A stretch of DNA of 64,000 bases. Origin: Octopus vulgaris (taxonomy: Eukaryota). The first letter of the stretch is position 1. Each line of letters begins with the position of its first letter. The notes below the pieces were generated by a model. That model had not been told where the DNA came from, did no database searches, and saw only the letters and a list, made by a program, of their open reading frames with translations. This document shows, in pieces, positions 55,381-64,000 of the stretch. Location: positions 41,416,001-41,480,000 of the forward strand of contig OX597831.1 of NCBI GenBank assembly GCA_951406725.2, read 5' to 3'. The position numbers and the translations under genes are program-made.

Positions 55381-55467
55381 TCAGGGGAATTCCATGTGAC
55401 CTATGGAAGCATGGAAAAGTGGACATCAAATGATGATAATGTACACACACACACACACTCACACATA

Positions 55468-55790
55468 CTGGCACTCTGTTGGTTTTGATGATGTGGGTTC
55501 CAGTTGATCCGATCAATGGAACAGCCTGCTCATGAAATTAACGTGCATGTGGTCGAACATCCCACAGACATATGTACTCTTAATGTAGTTCTTAGAGAGA
55601 TTCAGCGGGACACAAAGTGTGACAAGGCTGGCCCTTTGAAATACTGGTACGACTTAGTTTTGCTCGCTGAGTGGACTGGAGCCACGTGAAATAAAGTGTC
55701 TTGCTCAAGAACTCAACACGCTGCCAGGAATTGAACTCACAACCCTGCGATCATGAGCCAAGTACCTTAACTACTGAACCACATGCCTTC
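55468..55790 (-). mobile_element. SINE family C
   Basis: Minus-strand head gtgaaggcatgtggttcagtagttaagg...gagttcaattcc; body homologous to 34830-35150. Confidence 0.7.
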
Positions 55791-56323
55791 ACTTTGCAAA
55801 TATACACACATATATGAAAGCACACACATGCTCATGTGCACATATATTCATGTACAAATTAAATTTACCAGAAACTTGTTCTATTGCAAATAATGTTCGT
55901 TTTAATATTCCCTTTTTTTTATATGAGCTAATTGTTGCATTTACATATGCATATTAGCTTGCATGCAGTAATACACATGCACACAATTACACTTATGCAT
56001 ACATGCATGTACAGACACACAGTTTATACTCACATGCTCATCATACTCACAAATGCAATTACCGACACAGTCTTCCGTGTAACATTAGAAAGATTTACAA
56101 GAATAAATCTCAACTAGCTTTAAGAGAATACCCTCATTACAATATATTTAATGTTATTTTAGTCAATAATAACAGCTACATCACAACTGACTCCAAAAAC
56201 CATCTTCAGATAGAAACGTTGTTGCATAATGCAACAGCCTGACTTCTACAAGCCTGATACATATAAATATATATATATATGGCCGCAGTCAAATGGCTGA
56301 AACAAGTAAAAGAATACACACAC

Positions 56324-56367
<44 letters not shown>

Positions 56368-56371
<4 letters not shown>

Positions 56372-56534
56372 GTGCAGGAGTGGCTGTGTGGTAAGTAGCT
56401 TGCTTACCAACCACATGGTTCGGGTTTAGTCCCACTGCGTGACACCTCGGGCAAGTGTCTTCTACTATAGCCTCAGGCCAACCAAAGCCTTGTGAGTGGA
56501 TTCGGTAGACAGAAACTGAAAGAAACCCGTCATA

Positions 56535-56575
<41 letters not shown>

Positions 56576-56790
56576 GTGTGTATATGTCTGTGTTTGTACT
56601 CTTAACATCGCTTGACAACCGATGCTGGTGTATTTACGTCCCTGTAACTTAGCAGTTCGGCAGAAGAGACCGATAGAGTAAGTACTAGGCTTACAAAGAA
56701 TAAGTCCTGGGGTTCATTTGCTCGACTAAAGGCGGTGCTGCAGCATGGCTGCAGTCAAAATGACTGAAACAAGTAAAAGAATAAAAGAAA
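56368..56790 (+). mobile_element. SINE family A, full length
   Basis: Near consensus. Confidence 0.9.
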
Positions 56791-56964
56791 GAAAAAAGAA
56801 TATATGTACACACACACACTCACACGCAAACACATTGAGGGAACCTATGGAAGATTTAACCTCTCACACGTACTTTACAATGCCATTCTAAAAATAAACA
56901 ATAACATCATTGTAATCTTGAAGTTTTGAGATAATGCAAGATTAATTCAAAATAATTTGAATAT

Positions 56965-57318
56965 AGGCACAGGTGGGACTGTGTGGGTTCAATCCCACTG
57001 CGTGGTACCTTGGGCGAGTGTCTTTTGCTATATCCTGAAGCCAACCAAAACCTTGGGAGAGGATTTGGTAGATGGAAACTGAAACAAGCATGTCACATTT
57101 ATGTGTGCGTGCGTGTGTGTGTGTGTGTGTTTGTCTCCCGTCACCATTTGACAACTGGTGTTGTGTCTATGTCCCCTGTAATTTTGCAATTCAGCAAAGA
57201 TAGAACAATTGCCCGGCTTAAAAAAATTTAAAGTACTAGAGTTGATTCATTAGACTAAAAGATTCTTCAAGGCAGTGCCCCAGCATGGCCACAGTTTAAT
57301 GACTGAAACAAATAAAAA
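56965..57318 (+). mobile_element. SINE family A, diverged
   Basis: Similarity to family A. Confidence 0.75.
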
Positions 57319-57620
57319 GTCAGCATTGAATGAGTGACGCCGAATAGGTGGTGCCAAAACATCTCAAACCCCTACATGTCTTGGCAGCTAATTCACTTTG
57401 TCAGCTGCTGTTGAACTAATGTGTGTTACATAGACTACACAATATATAACAATTGTTGACATGATGAGTAGGTGGGTGTATATATATTGATCAGGAATGG
57501 ATAAAAGAACTTTCTAGTTTATTTATATGCCACCCATTCAGGATATAAATTTATATGCATGTGTTTGTGTATATGTGTATATGTATTTATGTATATATAT
57601 AGTTTTATATGTATAAATGC

Positions 57621-57666
<46 letters not shown>

Positions 57667-57709
57667 GTATATGGATGTATATACACACACACACATACAT
57701 GCATTTATG

Positions 57710-57740
<31 letters not shown>

Positions 57741-57947
57741 TTATATATATACATATGTATATGGATGTATATATACACACACACATACATTTATGTATAT
57801 ATATATATAAGTACGTATATGTATACGCATTTATATATACATACACATATATATGTATATATACATGCATACATATATATACATATACATACATTTATCT
57901 ATATCTCTCTATCTACTTATCTTTATAAATATATGTTTGTGTGTGTG

Positions 57948-57984
<37 letters not shown>

Positions 57985-58653
57985 CATGCTTGTACATATT
58001 CTGTTTGTAGTGGCAGATGATTGGCCCAAGTAAGGAGATTGTAGATGTTGTAAGGAGACATCTTAACAATCTCTTCCACTTGGTTGGTCGGTGTTAAGAG
58101 ATTACTGAAATAGTTCTCATGGAATCCAGCTTACTTTATCAGTGTTGTGGTGATGTTGGTAGTGGTGGTAGTGCTGGTGGTGTAGTGTGGATGTTGTGGA
58201 GGAGGGAGCTGGGGGCAGAGAGAAAATGCAGTTGTTGTGGTGGTGATGGTGCTGTTGGTGGGTGTTGAGTATTGTTGGTTTTTGTTATTGATGTCTAGCT
58301 CCAGGTCAGACTTTTGAATTGAATAGATAGACACTTGATGGAAAGCATGCATTCGTTCCAGCCATGCCCATCACGTCTTTTAGTGTATCTCGGACTATAT
58401 TCATCAAGATCAGCTCAATCAGGATTGACCTGGAGTTAAACAACATTAACGACATCAGCATCATCAATAGTATGTTTCCACAATCCATCCAACTGTAATT
58501 TGTAGAAGACAAGATTTACAACAGATGTGACTGTGTGGTAGAAAGTTTACTTTCTAAACCACATGTTTCAGGTTTCAATCCCATTGTGTGGCACATTGAG
58601 CAAATATCTTCTGCTGTTGGCTGTGAATATAGGCACAGGAATGGGTGTGAATA

Positions 58654-59050
58654 TAGGTGCAGGAATAGGCGTGTGGAAAGTAGCTTGTTTACCAACCACA
58701 TGGTTTCAGGTTCAGTCCCACTGCATGGCACCTTGAGTAAGTGTCTTCTACTATAGCATCGGACTGACCAAAGCCTTGTGAGTGGATTTGGTAGATGGAA
58801 ACTGGCAGAAGCCTGTCGTACATATGTGTGTGTGTGTGTGTGCACATATGTTTATATGTCTGTGTTTGTCACCCCACCATCATTTGACAACCGATGTTGG
58901 TGTGTTTACGTCCCAGTAACTTAGTGGATTGACAAAAGAGACTGATAAAATAAGTACTAGGCTTACAAAGAACAAGTCCTGGGGTTGATTTGTTCAACTA
59001 AAAGCAGTGCTCCAGCATGGCTGCTGTCAAATGACTGAAACAAATAAAGG
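58654..59050 (+). mobile_element. SINE family A
   Basis: Similarity along the full length. Confidence 0.88.
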
Positions 59051-59259
59051 AATATATTACAGCTTCAAGAGCTTTCAATCTCCTAGATAGTTCATCAGCC
59101 AAGAAATAGAGCAGTTGTCTCCTCTTGAGTTAAGCTACCCCCCCCCATGTTTGCCACCCCTCACTCACTCAGTAATTACCTCTGTGATGAACTCTAGGCC
59201 TGCTTCTTAGGTGCCATCATTATCTAATTTATATTATGTGCTATTTACATAATCCACAG

Positions 59260-59577
59260 AGGCAATGTGGCCAATGTTGGTGTCATGTAGCTTGCACCTG
59301 TGCTGGTGGCACATAAAAAGCACCATTTGAACATTGGGCCTCATGGAGGCAATGTGGCCGATGCTGGTGTCATGTAACTGGCACCTGTGCTGGTGGCACA
59401 TAAAAGCATCCATTGCACTCTCAGAGTGGTTAGTGTTAGGAAGGGCATCCAGCTGTTGAAACCATGCCAAATCAGACAGGAGTTTGATGCAACACCTCGG
59501 CTTACCATCCCTGGTCAAACTGTCCAGCCCATGCTACATGGACAATAGATGTTAAATGATGATGATGATGACGATGA
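59260..59577 (+). mobile_element. SINE-like family D
   Basis: Duplicated gtgctggtggcacataaaa units, ttaggaagggcatccagctg, (GAT)n tail. Confidence 0.78.
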
Positions 59578-59782
59578 TTGACCCTACACTGGGTTCATTT
59601 ATCCTTTTGATAGCTATTTTTTTTTGTCCTGCTGGTTTTCAAAAATTCCTCTTTTCCAGGCTAGGCTAGTGGGAGGTTATGGTTTAGTCAGCCATGACCC
59701 AATCATGCAACAAGTTGTACTGAATTACATGTTATCAGTAGTGTTCAGCAAGGAATCTGACATTAACATTAAATAAATACAT

Positions 59783-60177
59783 ACAGGAATGTCCATGTGG
59801 TAAATAGCTTGCTTACCAACCACATAGTTCTGGGTTCAGTCCCACTGCATGGCACCTTGGGCAAGTGTCTTCTACTATAGCCTCGGGCCAACCAAAGCCT
59901 TGTGAGTGGATTTGGTAGACGGAAACTGAAAGAAGCCCGTCATATATACATATATACATATATATATGTGTGTGTTTGTGTGTCTGTGTTTGTTCCCCTA
60001 ACATCGCTTGACAACCGATGCTGGTGTGTTTACATCCCCGTAACTTAGCGGTTCGGCAAAAGAGACTGATAGAATAAGTACTAGGCTTACAAAGAATAAG
60101 TCCTGGGGGTCGATTTGGTCAACTAAAGGTGGTGCTCCAGCATGGCTGCAGTCAAATGACTGAAACAAGTAAAAGAG
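59783..60177 (+). mobile_element. SINE family A
   Basis: Near consensus. Confidence 0.9.
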
Positions 60178-60563
60178 TGTATATTGACAGACAAGGATAA
60201 GTGCATACATGTCATAGTGGTCAGCTGTCCTGCTGGTGTGAATATCTCTATAACAATCAAAGAGGAAGGATAACTATGGAGAACTGCCTCAAAGCTTTCA
60301 GTTTCTATAACCAGATTATAAATTTACATTTATAGCAATAGTAATTAATAGCTCATTTGGTTTTGTGAGTAAAATGCCTCAATGACAATCTGGAAAAGCC
60401 TGGGTTTTCAGAAAAGGAAATCAACCAACCAAATCACATGTTAGAAATACAATCTTTTCGTTATCTACATTTCAATGATGGGGATTTGTATCTTTGGTAG
60501 AAATCAGCTCCATTTTTAGAGGAAGAATTTGAATAATTATAAATGGAAGAGAACACACGCACG

Positions 60564-60609
<46 letters not shown>

Positions 60610-61029
60610 AACATGAACAATTCCCATAATTCCATAAGGCAAGCTGCAAGATATCACTGTTTAGTGATAGAATGATTGATTGGTTGAGTGATGGAATACA
60701 TGATTGTTGAATGATAATATGAAATGACTGTTGAGTCAGAGAATGGACGACAGATATTTTATAGAATTGATAACCATCGAGTGATGGGGTGGATGACTGT
60801 TGAATGATGGAATGAATATCTGTTGAGTGAGGAAACTAGAAGGTTATAGAGTCTAAGAATGAATGGCTTTTGATTGATGGAATGAATGGCATTTGAAAGG
60901 ATGGGTTAGTGATTGAGTGAGGAGATAGATGACTGTTGAATGAAAGGAATGAATTACTTTTGAAAGACTGATAAGGTGAAGCAGTTCACTGTTGAATGAG
61001 GCCTGATTGTGGACCCTGCAGCAGCAAAC

Positions 61030-62524
61030 AGTGAAGTTGTTGTTGTTGATAGTGGTGATGATGATGATAGTAATTATGTTGGAAGCAAATGAGAAAAATT
61101 GTGATGGTGATGGTGATGGCAACTATAAAGATGAAACCGACAATCATGGTGATGGTGATGATATTGCCGATGATGATGATGATGATGATGCCCATGTTGG
61201 CGATGATGATGATGATGATGACGCCGATGAGGATTATGACAATGAAGATAATGACATTAGCCATGATAGCTATGACGATGACAACAACGACAATGATGAT
61301 TTCAGCAATAGTAGCGTTGTGATAATAACGATGAGGATGACTACGATGATGAAAACGACGATGACGACAACAATGATGATGAGGATGATGATGATGATGA
61401 TGATGACGTCGATAATGAATGATTATGTGGTGTTAGCAATGAGTATAAATTTGAAATAATAAAAAGATGTTGTTGATGATGGTGATGATAAGGGATGTTA
61501 AAAGTAACAAAGAAAAAAAATAAAGAAAAAAGAGCCCCCTTACCCAACAAAAAAGATAAAGAAACGATAAAGAAAAGAAAAGAAAACGTTTTTTGCATAA
61601 CAATAATTGCAGAAACAATAACACCACCACCACCACCACCGCCGCCACCATCACCTCTACCATTTCCACCACTGCTACTGACATCAACAACAACAACAAC
61701 AGCAGCAGCAGCTGTTAGATTTTTATTGGTTTTTAATCTTCTGAAAGACCTTCCTTTTTTCCCCTGTCTGTTTTGTTGTTGTTGTTGTTGTTGTTGTTGT
61801 TGATGATGTTGGCATCAGCGAAGAAGAGTAAAAGAAAAACAGCAGTCACACACATATATACACACTCCCTCACACATATATATACAAACACGTACTGTAT
61901 ATACACACTTCCTCGCACACATACAAGCATACACTCTGTACATTTGTGTGCGCAGTCCCTCACACATATACAGATACACACTATACACATATGTATACAC
62001 ACTCTCACACGCATTCAAGCACACACGCTCTATACATGTACATATATGTACACTCGCCCACACATACAAACACATGTATATACACATTCCCTCACACATA
62101 TACAAACACAAACTGTATATGCACATTCCCACACACACACACGCACACAAATACACACGCACACAAATACACGCTATACATATAGACGTCCCATACGCAT
62201 ATATAAACATACATTCACACATGTTTATATGTGTATATTCATAAAAGTGTGTGCACTGTATACACAAAATGCACCTGTCACACACACACACACACACACA
62301 CACATCACACTCTCTCACACACACACATACATATATATATATACACAAAAATGCACATGTATACAGACACACATATATATATATACACATTCATGTATAA
62401 AAAATGCACACACACACATATACAAATACAAACACATACAGAAAAACAAACAAATGTCCATACATACATACAGACATACAAACACATGCTCAAACAGACG
62501 TACACAAATGCACATGTTCATTTG

Positions 62525-62577
<53 letters not shown>

Positions 62578-62953
62578 TCACTTAAAATTCATAAAATATA
62601 TAAAAAAAACAGCATTGAAGTGTACATGCATACTGATGTGTTTACACATATGCATACGTACATACATACTCATACATATACACACAAACATGCATACATA
62701 TACCCATATATGTACATGCATATATATATATACACACATACACTGCCATTCATATATTGACACACAAGCCTTAAAACATATAAACACTGAATTCCATACA
62801 TACACATTCATACACATATACATATACATACATGTTCCTATGCTTGCACATTAACACACACACATATGTACACACACCTTTGCAAGAGCTGACTTGGAGA
62901 TGCACATAGACAAACCTGTACAGACGTGTTCATTTGCAGTTACATGCACACAC

Positions 62954-63008
<55 letters not shown>

Positions 63009-63148
63009 TCACACACACTAAATACAGACACAAATGTACATGCATATACACACCTGCAAATGTATAGTCAGGTAAACACACACACAAACGCATACACTCA
63101 TACACACTTGCAAATGTTTATACAGGTAAACTAACACACCCACACTAA

Positions 63149-63219
<71 letters not shown>

Positions 63220-63283
63220 AACATAAATGCATCTTTGCAGTGACTGACTTATGTGCAAACATGTATGGCCTCGTACACATGCA

Positions 63284-63330
<47 letters not shown>

Positions 63331-63862
63331 ATACACACACATCTTTGCAAGGGCCGACATGCAGACACATGCCTACAAACATATACAGGTTTAAACACGT
63401 GCAGGTTTACTCTTTCTCTCTCACACACACACACAAATGTACACACAAACACACACATGTATATGTACATACACACATACATACGCACTCAGAGTCTTTG
63501 ATGAAGTATAACTCATTATGCTATTGTTACCAATTGAGGGAAATGAGAGGTGAAAAAACAGAAAACAAGGTGAATTGGTGTGTGATGGAAATATTAATGA
63601 TGATTGTAGGGGAGGTGCTGATGATTGTGCTTATGATGATGATGATGATGATGATGATGATGGTGATGAGGGAGGGTAGAGGTCATATGGATAGTGACAG
63701 TGGTGGTGGTGTTAGTGGGCGTGTTGGTGGCTGTGATGATGGTTGTGGTGTTGGTGACAGTGATGATGGTGGTGGTGGTGGTGGTGGTGGTAGTGGTGAT
63801 GATGCTTGCAGCAACAGTGTTGGGGATGATGGTAGTGTTGGTGGTGATGATGATGCTGCTGG

Positions 63863-63896
<34 letters not shown>

Positions 63897-64000
63897 GGTG
63901 GTGTTGATGCTTGCGGCAACAGGGCTGGGGCTGATGGTGGTGGTAGTGGTGATGATGATGATGACGACGACAACAATGACGATGATGATGGTGATGGTGG
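61030..64000. repeat. Low-complexity field: (GAT)n, (CAC)n, (TTG)n, (CA)n, (GGT)n
   Basis: Direct read. Confidence 0.9.

Noticed and set aside
61007-61459. Asp-rich ORF with a hydrophobic N-terminus, resembling an acidic secreted protein
   Set aside because: Built from (GAT)n repeats, with overlapping frames giving poly-Met or poly-Ile; non-ATG start and no splice or domain support

Overview
AT-rich eukaryotic genomic DNA with no recognisable host protein-coding gene. The repeat families and extreme microsatellite load suggest a coleoid cephalopod (Octopus-like) intronic or intergenic region; this is inference, not a database result. The window is a mosaic of (TA)n/(CA)n/(TATG)n/(TATC)n/trinucleotide repeats and at least four tRNA-derived or SINE-like families (over 35 copies). 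It also holds decayed LINEs (R4/Dong-like, Hero-like, CR1, RTE-like tail), two mariner remnants, several MITEs (hAT, piggyBac-like, GGATC-ended) with readable TIRs/TSDs, a complete non-autonomous Helitron and Helitron PIF1-helicase relics. Nearly all ORFs in the supplied track are microsatellite or SINE artefacts. The most notable hidden signal is a set of short elements sitting in (TA)n tracts, often as inverted duplications, that carry minimal type-I hammerhead ribozyme motifs with palindromic stem III and non-canonical cores (C4, U3-A8, G3-C8). This pattern resembles Penelope-like retroelement pseudo-LTRs. Coordinates were read by eye; repeat boundaries are approximate.
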